Part shown: positions 23,972 to 39,000 of the stretch, one piece after another | How positions within the stretch are numbered: position 1 is the first letter of the stretch | How the letters are laid out: every line of letters starts with the position of its first letter | From: Eledone cirrhosa | Taxonomy: Eukaryota | Length of the DNA: 64,000 nt | Direction: 5' to 3' | NCBI GenBank assembly: GCA_964016885.1 | Contig: OZ024741.1 | Location: forward strand, 250,542,001-250,606,000 | Position numbers and translations under genes: made by a program | Notes under the pieces: model-generated | The model's database searches: none | Told to the model about the DNA's origin: nothing | The model's input: only the letters and a program-made list of their open reading frames with translations

Positions 23972-26900
23972 AATCCCATTAAAAACCACATTAAAAATTC
24001 AATTAAAAATCTATTTTGAAAAACCCATTAAAAACCCCATTATAAGCTCATAAAACACTCCATTAAAACCCCAACCAAACCCCCCATTAAAACACAATTA
24101 AAACATCATTAAGAATGCCAATAAAAGCGCCATTAAAAACCACATTGGAAACCCATAAAATCCCAATTAAAACAAAATTAAAGTTTCCATTAAAAGTCCC
24201 CATTAAAACTCCATTAAAACCCCCATTAAACCCCCCTCGAAAAGACATTAAAACCTCAAATTTAAACCGAAATAAAAACTCAATTAAAACGCAATTAAAA
24301 ACTCAATTAAAACACCATTAAAAACACAATTAAAAGCCCATTAAACCAATTAAAATTGCATTAACACACCACTAAGGTTCCATTGGAAAACCATTAAAAA
24401 TGTCATTAAAAACTACACTGCAAACCCATTAAACCCCCATTAAAAGCGCACCCAAAACTATATAAAAAACCAAATAAAAACCCCATTAAAATACCATTAA
24501 AACGGCATAAAACACCATTAAAACTACATTAAAACTCAATTAAAAATTCCATTTAAATCTCCATTATAAACTCAATTAAAACTCCATTAAAACTCAATTA
24601 AAAACTCCATTAAAAACACACACACATGAAGTTACATGCTGGCTTGCACACTTATAGCGATTGCTATTTCCTTTTAATTTCATTAAAACTAGGATGTTTT
24701 AGAAAGATAAAAACAAAACTGAATAATGAAGAGACTAGGGAGGGGTAAAGAAAGGCAGATCAGGCTGTAGAGGACAGTAGGGGGAGAAGAGGGAAGAGAC
24801 TTGGGAGGGGTAAAGAAAGGCAGATCTGGCTGTAGAGGACAGTAGGGGGAGAAGAGGGAGAAATAAACTAAATTATAAACTAAGTTATAAACTAAATTAT
24901 AAACTAAATTAAAAACTCAATAAAATAAAATAAAATAAAATAAAATAAAATAAAATAAAATAAAATAAAATAAAATAAAATAAAATAAAATAAAATAAAA
25001 TAAAATAAAATAAAATAAAAAAAAATAAAATAAAATAAAATAAAAAAACTAAAAAATATAAATAAAATAAAATAAAATAAATAAAATAAAATAAAATAAA
25101 ATAAAATAAAATAAATAAAAATAAAATAAAATAAAAAAAAATAAAAAAAAATTAAATATAAAAAATAAATAAAATAAAATAAAATAAGAACTCAATTAAA
25201 AACTCAGTAAAAACTCAATTAAAAACTCAATTAAAAACTCAATCGAAGCACCATTAAAACACCATTAAAAACTCCACTATAAACCCACTAAACCCATTAA
25301 AAACCAATTAAAAATTCAATTACACATCCCATTAGAAATTTCATTAAAAACTCAATTAAAAGTTCCATTGAAAACACATTCAAAACCCATTAACCCCATA
25401 TTAAAAGTTCATAAAACTCTATTAAAAACCCAATAACAAACCAATTAAAACGCCATTAAAACGCCACAAAACACAATAAAATGTCATAAAAAACGCCATT
25501 AAAACATCACAAAAAGCCCAATTAAAAAACCATTAATAATGTCATTAAAAATTCCATAAAAATCCATTAAAAACTCCACTAAAAGCCCATTAAAAAGTTC
25601 ATTAAAAGCCATATTATAAATTTCATAAAAAACAATTGAAAACCCCATTATTTATGAGCCTTTTTTTATGAGTTTTTAATAGTGTTTTAATTCAGTTTTT
25701 AATTGCGTTTAAAATTGGGTTTTAATGGCTTTTTAATGGTGTTTTAATGGAATTTTAATGGGATTTTCGATGGTGTTTAATGGGTTTTTTATGGAGTTTT
25801 TAATTGGGTTTTCAATGGTGTTGTTTATGAGTTTTTAAATGGGTTTTTAATGGAATTTTTGATTGCGTTTTTAATGAAATTTTTAATAGATTCAAGGATG
25901 TTTTAATGGAGTTTTTAATGGTCTTTTTAATGGCGTTTTAATTGTGTTTTTATGGTGTTTAAATGCGTTTTAATGATTTTTAATTGGGTTTTTAATGGAG
26001 TATTTTTAATGAGCTCTTAATGGATTTTTCAATTGGATACTTAATGGGTTTTAATGGAATTTATAATAAGGGTTCTAATTGACTTTAAATATGATTTTTA
26101 ATGGAGTTTTTAATGAAATTTCTAATGGTGTTTTTAATTGCGTTCCCCCCCGTGAGGGTTTTAATGGCATTTTAAATGACATTTTAATGAGTTTTTATGA
26201 TGTTTTAATGGCGTTGTAATTGTTTTTTATTGGGTTTTTAATATAATTTTGTATGAGCTTTTAATGGGGGTTTTCAATGTTGTTTTTAATGGAGTGTTTA
26301 ATGGAATTTTAATGGGGGTTTGATAAAAAAAATTAATTGCTTTTTAATTTAATTTTTAATGCGTTTTTGATGGTGTTTAAGTGCGTTCATGATGATCTTT
26401 TTAATGGATTTTTAATGGGGTTTTAATTGACTTTTTAATTGTGTTTTCAATGTAATTTTTAATGATAGTTTAATGGTGTTTTAATGACGTTTTAATTGTG
26501 TTTTTTATGGTGTTTTAGTGACGTTTAAATAGGATTTTTAATTGGTTTTTTAATTGAGTATTTATATGAGTTTTCACTGGTGTTTTTAATGGGTTTTTCA
26601 ATATTGCATTTAATGAAATTTTTAATATGGTTTCAAATGGAATTTTTAATGTGTTTTTAATTGGGTTTCTAGTGACGTTTTTAATGGTACTTTAAATGAC
26701 GTTTTAATGACTTTTATGGCGTTTTAATGGGTTTTTTAATTGGGTTTTTAATGTAGTTTTTTAAAAGATCTTTACTTGGGATTTTATGGGTTTTCAATGC
26801 GGTTTTTAATGGTATATTAATGGAGTTTTTGGTGTGGTTGTTAATGGTATTAGTGACATTTTAATGTGTTTTTAATGGTGTTTTAAGCGAGTTTCTGATT

Positions 26901-29058
26901 TAGTTTAAATTTAAATATTTGATGGTCCTTCTAATGGGCTTTAATGGATGTGTAATGTGTTTAATGCAATTTTAATGGGGTTTAATGGGGGTAGTAGGTT
27001 TCAATGTGTTTTAATGGAGTTTTAATGGCTAGTGCTCTTTTTTTTTTAGAGTTTTTAATGGTGTTTTTAATGGTTTTTCATTGAGCTTTTAATTGCGATT
27101 TTAATTGCGTTTTTAATCTAGTTTAAAAATTGAGTTTTAATGGGTTTTTCAATTAGGTTTTTAATGGATTTATAATGGTGTTTTTTACGGATCCTTTAAT
27201 TTTTTATAATGGGTTTTCAATGCCGTTTTAATGGTGTTTTTTAATGGTATCCTTAATGACGCTTCGATAAGTTTCAATGTTATTTTAATGGGGTTTTGAT
27301 TGATTTTTTAATGGAGTTTTTTTAATGAACTGTTATTGGGGTTTTCAATCAGGTTTTTAACTGAATTTTTAATGTTTTTCAATTAGATTTTTTATGGAGT
27401 TTTTATGGGCTTTTTAATGAGTTTTTAATGGTGTGCTAATTGAGTTTTCAATTACCTTTTTAATTGAGTATAAAATCGAGTTTTTACTAAGTTTTTAATG
27501 AATTTTTAATGGAATTTTAATGGGGGTTTCCAATGGACTTTTAATTGTGTTTTAATGGGGTTTTAAAATTGGTTTTTAGTTGCATTTTTCAGGGGCTTTT
27601 AATGGGGCTTAATGGGGGTTTAATGGGGGATTTAATTGAGTTTTTAATGGAGTTTAATAGAGTTTATAATGGAGGTTTTAATGGAGTTTTTAATGAAGTT
27701 TTAATGTAGTTTTTAATGAGGTTTTTAATGACGATTTTAATGGCGTTCTTAATGGCGTTTTAATGGTATTTTATGGCATTTTAATGACGGTTGTAATGGT
27801 TTTTAATGGAGTGTTAATTGGTTATTAATTGTATTTTAATGGGTTTTATGAGCTTTTTAATCAGCTTTTTAGTGATGTTTTTAATGGAGTTTTTAATGGG
27901 TCTTTTAATGGAATTTGCAATGTATTTTTTAATGGTGTTTTCAATTGTATTTTTAATGACGTTTTAATGGTGTTTTTTATGGCGTTTTAATAGGATTTTT
28001 AATTGGTTTTTTAAAGGACTATTATTATGGGTTTTTTATGTAATTTTATAATGGGATTTTCAGTAGGGTTTTTAATTGGATTTTTAATGGAGTTTATAAT
28101 ATGGTTTTTAATTGGATTTTTAAAGAATTTATAATTGCGGTTTTAATATAGTGTTTAATGGAGTATTTAATTGGCTTTTAATGGTAATTTTAATGGAGTG
28201 TTTAATGTGTTTTTAATGGGGGAGGAGGGGGGTAAAATGCAGTTTTTAATTGAGTTATCAATGGAGTTTTTAATGACATTTTTTATGACGTTTTAATAGC
28301 GTTTTATGACGTTTTAATGACGTTTTAATGGTTTTTTTATTGGGTTTTGGGAGTTTTTATGAGCTTCTAATTAGGTTTTAAATGGGGTTTTCAATGAGGT
28401 TTTTAGTGGAATTTTTAATGGGCCTTTAATGTATTTTTAATGGGATTTTAATGTTTTTTATGGCGTTTTTAATGGTATTTTAAATGCTGTTTTAATGTTT
28501 CTTTTATGGCCTTTTAATTGGGTTTTTGATTGAGTTTTTAATGGATTTTTTTTAACGAGAATTATGAAGTTTAATGGGTTTCCAGTGTGTTTTAAATGAA
28601 GTTTTTGATAATATTTTTAATGGAATTTTAATGGCGGTTATGGGATTTTAATGGGTTCTGGTGGTATTTTTGTGGGTTTTAATGGGGTGTTAAATGGTTT
28701 TAATGTTGTTTTACTTGCGCTTTCGATTACGTTTACAATTAAGTTTTTACTGTTTTTAATTGGATTTTTAATGGATTTTAATGTGGTTTTTAATGGAATT
28801 TTAATGGTGTTTTAATATAGTTTTTAATGGGTTTCGGATGTAGCTTTTAATGGTGGTTTAGTGTGCTTTTTATTGGGTTTTTAATGAGTTTTTATGAGCT
28901 TTTCAATGGAGTTTTTAATGGTGTTTATATATATATATATACATACATATATATGTATATATATATATTTACACATATATATGTGTATATATATATGTGT
29001 ATATATATATTTACACATATATATGTGTATATATATATTTACACATATATATGTGTAT

Positions 29059-29096
<38 letters not shown>

Positions 29097-29256
29097 TTAA
29101 ATATATATATATATATATATTAAATATATATATATATATATATATATATTAAATATATATATATATATATATATTAAATATATATATATATATATATATA
29201 TTAAATATATATATATATATATATATATTAAATATATATATATATATATATATTAA

Positions 29257-29294
<38 letters not shown>

Positions 29295-29493
29295 CACTTT
29301 CATGTTACACACTATATATAAACTGGGATTTATATTTTGCGTTAGTGCCATATTAAGCTGACAACGATATATTCGTATCTTAAAAAATATTTTTTTTAGA
29401 TCACATTGTTCTAGATATTATTAAAATTATTAAATCTATTTTCAATTTGCACGAACACTTGCATATACTACATACATACATTTATATAGACAC

Positions 29494-29885
29494 TAACACA
29501 AATATTAGCATATACATAATTTCTTAGTCATTGAGGATGTGTTTTTATACATACATATGCATATTGCATACATACATACATACACACATACAAGCATATA
29601 CATAGACATACACACACATATATACACACACTGTATTTATATATATACATACACACACACACATATATATATATACACAGACACACTATATATATATATA
29701 GTGTGTGGTGTATATATATATATGTGTGTGTGTGTATGTATATATATACAGTGTGTGTATATATATGTGTGTGTATGTGTATGTATATGCTTGTATGTGT
29801 GTATGTATGGATGCAATATGCATATGTATGTATAAAAAACACATCCTCAATTACTAAGAAAATATGTATATGCTAATATTTGTGT

Positions 29886-29887
<2 letters not shown>
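29494..29887. repeat. ~400 bp palindrome, unit 5
   Basis: Same arms as 2296-2693. Confidence 0.93.
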
Positions 29888-29917
<30 letters not shown>

Positions 29918-29980
29918 CGCACACACTATATATATATATATATATACATACACACTATATATATATATATACACACACAC

Positions 29981-30029
<49 letters not shown>

Positions 30030-33000
30030 AAAATCCCATTAAAAACCACATTAAAAATTCAATTAAAAATCTATTTTGAAAAACCCATTAAAAACCCCAT
30101 TATAAGCTCATAAAACACTCCATTAAAACCCCAACCAAACCCCCCATTAAAACACAATTAAAACATCATTAAGAATGCCAATAAAAGCGCCATTAAAAAC
30201 CACATTGGAAACCCATAAAAACCCAATTAAAACAAAATTAAAGTTTCCATTAAAAGTCCCCATTAAAACTCCATTAAAACCCCCATTAACCCCCCCCTCG
30301 AAAAGACATTAAAACCTCAAATTTAAACCGAAATAAAAACTCAATTAAAACGCAATTAAAAACTCAATTAAAACACCATTAAAAACACAATTAAAAGCCC
30401 ATTAAACCAATTAAAATTGCATTAACACACCACTAAGGTTCCATTGGAAAACCATTAAAAATGTCATTAAAAACTACACTGAAAACCCATTAAACCCCCA
30501 TTAAAAGCGCACCCAAAACTTTATAAAAAACCAAATAAAAACCCCATTAAAATACCATTAAAACGGCATAAAACACCATTAAAACTACATTAAAACTCAA
30601 TTAAAAATTCCATTTAAATCTCCATTATAAACTCAATTAAAACTCCATTAAAACTCAATTAAAAACTCCATTAAAAACACACACACATGAAGTTACATGC
30701 TGGCTTGCACACTTATAGCGATTGCTATTTCCTTTTAATTTCATTAAAACTAGGATGTTTTAGAAAGATAAAAACAAAACTGAATAATGAAGAGACTAGG
30801 GAGGGGTAAAGAAAGGCAGATCAGGCTGTAGAGGACAGTAGGGGGAGAAGAGGGAAGAGACTTGGGAGGGGTAAAGAAAGGCAGATCTGGCTGTAGAGGA
30901 CAGTAGGGGGAGAAGAGGGAGAAATAAACTAAATTATAAACTAAGTTATAAACTAAATTATAAACTAAATTAAAAACTTAATAAAATAAAATAAAATAAA
31001 ATAAAATAAAATAAAATAAAATAAAATAAAATAAAAAAAAAAATAAAATAAAATAAAATAAAATAAAAAAAAAAAAAAAAAAAAAAAAATAAAATAAAAA
31101 AAAAAAAAAATATAAATAAAATAAAATAAAATAAATAAAATAAAATAAAATAAAATAAATAAAAATAAAATAAAATAAAAAAAAATAAAAAAAAATTAAA
31201 TATAAAAAATAAATAAAATAAAATAAAATAAGAACTCAATTAAAAACTCAGTAAAAACTCAATTAAAAACTCAATTAAAAACTCAATCGAAGCACCATTA
31301 AAACACCATTAAAAACTCCACTATAAACCCACTAAACCCATTAAAAACCAATTAAAAATTCAATTACACATCCCATTAGAAATTTCATTAAAAACTCAAT
31401 TAAAAGTTCCATTGAAAACACATTCAAAACCCATTAACCCCATATTAAAAGTTCATAAAACTCTATTAAAAACCCAATAACAAACCAATTAAAACGCCAT
31501 TAAAACGCCACAAAACACAATAAAATGTCATAAAAACGCCATTAAAACATCACAAAAAGCCCAACTAAAAAACCATTAATAATGTCATTAAAAATTCCAT
31601 AAAAATCCATTAAAAACTCCACTAAAAGCCCATTAAAAAGTTCATTAAAAGCCATATTATAAATTTCATAAAAAACAATTGAAAACCCCATTATTTATGA
31701 GCCTTTTTTATGAGTTTTTAATAGTGTTTTAATTCAGTTTTTAATTGCGTTTAAAATTGGGTTTTAATGGCTATTTAATGGTGTTTTAATGGGATTTTCG
31801 ATGGTGTTTAATGGGTTTTTTATGGAGTTTTTAATTGGGTTTTCAATGGTGTTGTTCATGAGTTTTTAAATGGGTTTTTAATGGAATTTTTGATTGCGTT
31901 TTTAATGAAATTTTTAATAGATTCAAGGATGTTTTAATGGAGTTTTTAATGGTCTTTTTAATGGCGTTTTAATTGTGTTTTTATGGTGTTTAAATGCGTT
32001 TTAATGATTTTTAATTGGGTTTTTAATGGAGTATTTTTAATGAGCTCTTAATGGATTTTTCAATTGGATACTTAATGGGTTTTAATGGAATTTATAATAA
32101 GGGTTCTAATTGACTTTAAATATGATTTTTAATGGAGTTTTTAATGAAATTTCTAATGGTGTTTTTAATTGCGTTTCCCCCCGTGAGGGTTTTAATGGCA
32201 TTTTAAATGACATTTTAATGAGTTTTTATGATGTTTTAATGGCGTTGTAATTGTTTTTTATTGGGTTTTTAATATAATTTTGTATGAGCTTTTAATGGGG
32301 GTTTTCAATGTTGTTTTTAATGGAGTGTTTAATGGAATTTTAATGGGGGTTTGATAAAAAAAATTAATTGCTTTTTAATTTAATTTTTAATGCGTTTTTG
32401 ATGGTGTTTAAGTGCGTTCATGATGATCTTTTTTAATGGATTTTTAATGGGGTTTTAATTGAATTTTTAATGGTGTTTTCAATGTAATTTTTAATGATAG
32501 TTTAATGGTGTTTTAATGACGTTTTAATTGTGTTTTTTATGGTGTTTTAGTGACGTTTAAATAGGATTTTTAATTGGTTTTTTAATTGAGTATTTATATG
32601 AGTTTTCACTGGTGTTTTTAATGGGTTTTTCAATATTGCATTTAATGAAATTTTTAATATGGTTTCAAATGGAATTTTTAATGTGTTTTTAATTGGGTTT
32701 CTAGTGACGTTTTTAATGGTACTTTAAATGACGTTTTAATGACTTTTATGGCGTTTTAATGGGTTTTTTAATTGGGTTTTTAATGTAGTTTTTTAAAAGA
32801 TCTTTACTTGGGATTTTATGGGTTTTCAATGCGGTTTTTAATGGTATATTAATGGAGTTTTTGGTGTGGTTGTTAATGGTATTAGTGACATTTTAATGTG
32901 TTTTTAATGGTGTTTTAAGCGAGTTTCTGATTTTGTTTAAATTTAAATATTTGATGGTCCTTCTAATGGGCTTTAATGGATGTGTAATGTGTTTAATGCA

Positions 33001-35076
33001 ATTTTAATGGGGTTTAATGGGGGTAGTAGGTTTCAATGGGTTTTAATGGAGTTTTAATGGCTAGTGCTCTTTTTTGAGAGTTTTTAATGGTGTTTTTAAT
33101 GGTTTTTCATTGAGCTTTTAATTGCGTTTTTAATTGCGTTTTTAATCTAGTTTAAACATTGAGTTTTAATGGGTTTTTCAATTAGGTTTTTAATGGATTT
33201 ATAATGGTGTTTTTTACGGACCCTTTAATTTTTTATAATGGGTTTTCAATGCCGTTTTAATGGTGTTTTTTAATGGTATCCTTAATGACGCTTCGATAAG
33301 TTTCAATGTTATTTTAATGGGGTTTTGATTGATTTTTTAATGGAATTTTTTTTAATGAACTTTTATTGGGGTTTTCAATCAGGTTTTTAACTGAATTTTT
33401 AATGTTTTTCAATTAGAATTTTTATGGAGTTTTTATGGGCTTTTTAATGAGTTTTTAATGGTGTGCTAATTGAGTTTTCAATTACCTTTTTAATTGAGTA
33501 TAAAATCGAGTTTTTACTAAGTTTTTAATGAATTTTTAATGGAATTTTAATGGGGGTTTCCAATGGACTTTTAATTGTGTTTTAATGGGGTTTTAAAATT
33601 GGTTTTTAGTTGCATTTTTCAGGGGCTTTTAATGGGGCTTAATGGGGGTTTAATGGGGGATTTAATTGAGTTTTTAATGGAGTTTAATAGAGTTTATAAT
33701 GGAGGTTTTAATGGAGTTTTTAATGAAGTTTTAATGTAGTTTTTAATGAGGTTTTTAATGACGATTTTAATGGCGTTCTTAATGGCGTTTTAATGGTATT
33801 TTATGGCATTTTAATGACGGTTGTAATGGTTTTTAATGGAGTGTTAATTGGTTATTAATTGTATTTTAATGGGTTTTATGAGCTTTTTAATGGGCTTTTT
33901 AGTGATGTTTTTAATGGAGTTTTTAATGGGTCTTTTAATGGAATTTGCAATGTATTTTTTAATGGTGTTTTCAATTGTATTTTTAATGACGTTTTAATGG
34001 TGTTTTTTATGGCGTTTTAATAGGATTTTTAATTGGTTTTTTAAAGGACTATTATTATGGGTTTTTTATGTAATTTTATAATGGGATTTTCAGTAGGGTT
34101 TTTAATTGGATTTTTAATGGAGTTTATAATATGGTTTTTAATTGGATTTTTAAAGAATTTATAATTGCGGTTTTAATATAGTGTTTAATGGAGTATTTAA
34201 TTGGTTTTTAATGGTAATTTTAATGGAGTGTTTAATGTGTTTTTAATGGGGGAGGAGGGGGGTAAAATGCAGTTTTTAATTGAGTTATCAATGGAGTTTT
34301 TAATGACATTTTTAATGACGTTTTAATAGCGTTTTATGACGTTTTAATGACGTTTTAATGGTTTTTTTTATTGGGTTTTGGGAGTTTTTATGAGCTTCTA
34401 ATTAGGTTTTAAATGGGGTTTTCAATGAGGCTTTTAGTGGAATTTTTAATGGGCCTTTAATGTATTTTTAATGGGATTTTAATGTTTTTTATGGCGTTTT
34501 TAATGGTATTTTAAATGCTGTTTTAATGTTTCTTTTATGGCCTTTTAATTGGGTTTTTGATTGAGTTTTTAATGGATTTTTTTTAACGAGAATTATGAAG
34601 TTTAATGGGTTTCCAGTGTGTTTTAAATGAAGTTTTTGATAATATTTTTAATGGCATTTTAATGGCGGTTATGGGATTTTAATGGGTTCTGGTGGTATTT
34701 TTGTGGGTTTTAATGGGGTGTTAAATGGTTTTAATGTTGTTTTACTTGCGCTTTCGATTACGTTTACAATTAAGTTTTTACTGTTTTTAATTGGATTTTT
34801 AATGGATTTTAATGTGGTTTTAATGGAATTTTAATGGTGTTTTAATATAGTTTTTAATGGGTTTCGGATGTAGCTTTTAATGGTGGTTTAGTGTGCTTTT
34901 TATTGGGTTTTTAATGAGTTTTTATGAGCTTTTCAATGGAGTTTTTAATGGTGTTTATATATATATATATATACATACATATATATGTATATATATATAT
35001 TTACACATATATATGTGTATATATATATTTACACATATATATGTGTATATATATATTTACACATATATATGTGTAT

Positions 35077-35116
<40 letters not shown>

Positions 35117-35302
35117 TTAAATATATATATATATATATATATATTAAATATATATATATATATATATATATTAAATATATATATATATATATATATTAAA
35201 TATATATATATATATATATATATTAAATATATATATATATATATATATTAAATATTTATATATATATATATATATTAAATATATATATATATATATATAT
35301 AT

Positions 35303-35347
<45 letters not shown>

Positions 35348-35546
35348 CACTTTCATGTTACACACTATATATAAACTGGGATTTATATTTTGCGTTAGTG
35401 CCATATTAAGCTGACAACGATATATTCGTATCTTAAAAAATATTTTTTTTAGATCACATTGTTCTAGATATTATTAAAATTATTAAATCTATTTTCAATT
35501 TGCACGAACACTTGCATATACTACATACATACATTTATATAGACAC

Positions 35547-35940
35547 TAACACAAATATTAGCATATACATAATTTCTTAGTCATTGAGGATGTGTTTTTA
35601 TACATACATATGCATATTGCATACATACATACATACACACATACAAGCATATACATAGACATACACACACACATATATACACACACTGTATATATATATA
35701 TACATACACACACACACACATATATATATACACACACACACTATATATATATATAGTGTGTGGTGTATATATATATATGTGTGTGTGTGTATGTATATAT
35801 ATACAGTGTGTGTATATATATGTGTGTGTATGTGTATGTATATGCTTGTATGTGTGTATGTATGGATGCAATATGCATATGTATGTATAAAAAACACATC
35901 CTCAATTACTAAGAAAATATGTATATGCTAATATTTGTGT

Positions 35941-35942
<2 letters not shown>
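35547..35942. repeat. ~400 bp palindrome, unit 6
   Basis: Same arms as 2296-2693. Confidence 0.93.
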
Positions 35943-35972
<30 letters not shown>

Positions 35973-36035
35973 CGCACACACTATATATATATATATATAT
36001 ACATACACACTATATATATATATATACACACACAC

Positions 36036-36084
<49 letters not shown>

Positions 36085-39000
36085 AATCCCATTAAAAACC
36101 ACATTAAAAATTCAATTAAAAATCTATTTTGAAAAACCCATTAAAAACCCCATTATAAGCTCATAAAACACTCCATTAAAACCCCAACCAAACCCCCCAT
36201 TAAAACACAATTAAAACATCATTAAGAATGCCAATAAAAGCGCCATTAAAAACCACATTGGAAACCCATAAAAACCCAATTAAAACAAAATTAAAGTTTC
36301 CATTAAAAGTCCCCATTAAAACTCCATTAAAACCCCCATTAAACCCCCCTCGAAAAGACATTAAAACCTCAAATTTAAACCGAAATAAAAACTCAATTAA
36401 AACGCAATTAAAAACTCAATTAAAACACCATTAAAAACACAATTAAAAGCCCATTAAACCAATTAAAATTGCATTAACACACCACTAAGGTTCCATTAGA
36501 AAACCATTAAAAATGTCATTAAAAACTACACTGAAAACCCATTAAACCCCCATTAAAAGCGCACCCAAAACTATATAAAAAACCAAATAAAAACCCCATT
36601 AAAATACCATTAAAACGGCATAAAACACCATTAAAACTACATTAAAACTCAATTAAAAATTCCATTTAAATCTCCATTATAAACACAATTAAAACTCCAT
36701 TAAAACTCAATTAAAAACTCCATTAAAAACACACACACATGAAGTTACATGCTGGCTTGCACACTTATAGCGATTGCTATTTCCTTTTAATTTCATTAAA
36801 ACTAGGATGTTTTAGAAAGATAAAAACAAAACTGAATAATGAAGAGACTAGGGAGGGGTAAAGAAAGGCAGATCAGGCTGTAGAGGACAGTAGGGGGAGA
36901 AGAGGGAAGAGACTTGGGAGGGGTAAAGAAAGGCAGATCTGGCTGTAGAGGACAGTAGGGGGAGAAGAGGGAGAAATAAACTAAATTATAAACTAAGTTA
37001 TAAACTAAATTATAAACTAAATTAAAAACTTAATAAAATAAAATAAAATAAAATAAAATAAAATAAAAAAAAAAAAAAAAAAATAAAAAAAAAAAAATAA
37101 AATAAAAAAAAAAAAAAAATAAAAAAAAAAAATAAAATAAAATAAAAAATAAAATAAAATAAAAAAAACTAAAAAATATAAATAAAATAAAATAAAATAA
37201 ATAAAATAAAATAAAATAAAATAAAATAAAATAAATAAAAATAAAATAAAATAAAAAAAAATAAAAAAAAATTAAATATAAAAAATAAATAAAATAAAAT
37301 AAAATAAGAACTCAATTAAAAACTCAGTAAAAACTCAATTAAAAACTCAATTAAAAACTCAATCGAAGCACCATTAAAACACCATTAAAAACTCCACTAT
37401 AAACCCACTAAACCCATTAAAAACCAATTAAAAATTCAATTACACATCCCATTAGAAATTTCATTAAAAACTCAATTAAAAGTTCCATTGAAAACACATT
37501 CAAAACCCATTAACCCCATATTAAAAGTTCATAAAACTCTATTAAAAACCCAATAACAAACCAATTAAAACGCCATTAAAACGCCACAAAACACAATAAA
37601 ATGTCATAAAAACGCCATTAAAACATCACAAAAAGCCCAATTAAAAAACCATTAATAATGTCATTAAAAATTCCATAAAAATCCATTAAAAACTCCACTA
37701 AAAGCCCATTAAAAAGTTCATTAAAAGCCATATTATAAATTTCATAAAAAACAATTGAAAACCCCATTATTTATGAGCCTTTTTTATGAGTTTTTAATAG
37801 TGTTTTAATTCAGTTTTTAATTGCGTTTAAAATTGGGTTTTAATGGCTTTTTAATGGTGTTTTAATGGAATTTTAATGTGATTTTCGATGGTGTTTAATG
37901 GGTTTTTTATGGAGTTTTTAATTGGGTTTTCAATGGTGTTGTTTATGAGTTTTTAAATGGGTTTTTAATGGAATTTTTGATTGCGTTTTTAATGAAATTT
38001 TTAATAGATTCAAGGATGTTTTAATGGAGTTTTTAATGGTCTTTTTAATGGCGTTTTAATTGTGTTTTTATGGTGTTTAAATGCGTTTTAATGATTTTTA
38101 ATTGGGTTTTTAATGGAGTATTTTTAATGAGCTCTTAATGGATTTTTCAATTGGATACTTAATGGGTTTTAATGGAATTTATAATAAGGGTTCTAATTGA
38201 CTTTAAATATGATTTTTAATGGAGTTTTTAATGAAATTTCTAATGGTGTTTTTAATTGCGTTCCCCCCCGTGAGGGTTTTAATGGCATTTTAAATGACAT
38301 TTTAATGAGTTTTTATGATGTTTTAATGGCGTTGTAATTGTTTTTTATTGGGTTTTTAATATAATTTTGTATGAGCTTTTAATGGGGGTTTTCAATGTTG
38401 TTTTTAATGGAGTGTTTAATGGAATTTTAATGGGGGTTTGATAAAAAAATTAATTGCTTTTTAATTTAATTTTTAATGCGTTTTTGATGGTGTTTAAGTG
38501 CGTTCATGATGATCTTTTTAATGGATTTTCTAATGGGGTTTTAATTGACTTTTTAATTGTGTTTTCAATGTAATTTTTAATGATAGTTTAATGGTGTTTT
38601 AATGACGTTTTAATTGTGTTTTTTATGGTGTTTTAGTGACGTTTAAATAGGATTTTTAATTGGTTTTTTAATTGAGTATTTATATGAGTTTTCACTGGTG
38701 TTTTTAATGGGTTTTTCAATATTGCATTTAATGAAATTTTTAATATGGTTTCAAATGGAATTTTTAATGTGTTTTTAATTGGGTTTCTAGTGACGTTTTT
38801 AATGGTACTTTAAATGACGTTTTAATGACTTTTATGGCGTTTTAATGGGTTTTTTAATTGGGTTTTTAATGTAGTTTTTTAAAAGATCTTTACTTGGGAT
38901 TTTATGGGTTTTCAATGCGGTTTTTAATGGTATATTAATGGAGTTTTTGGTGTGGTTGTTAATGGTATTAGTGACATTTTAATGTGTTTTTAATGGTGTT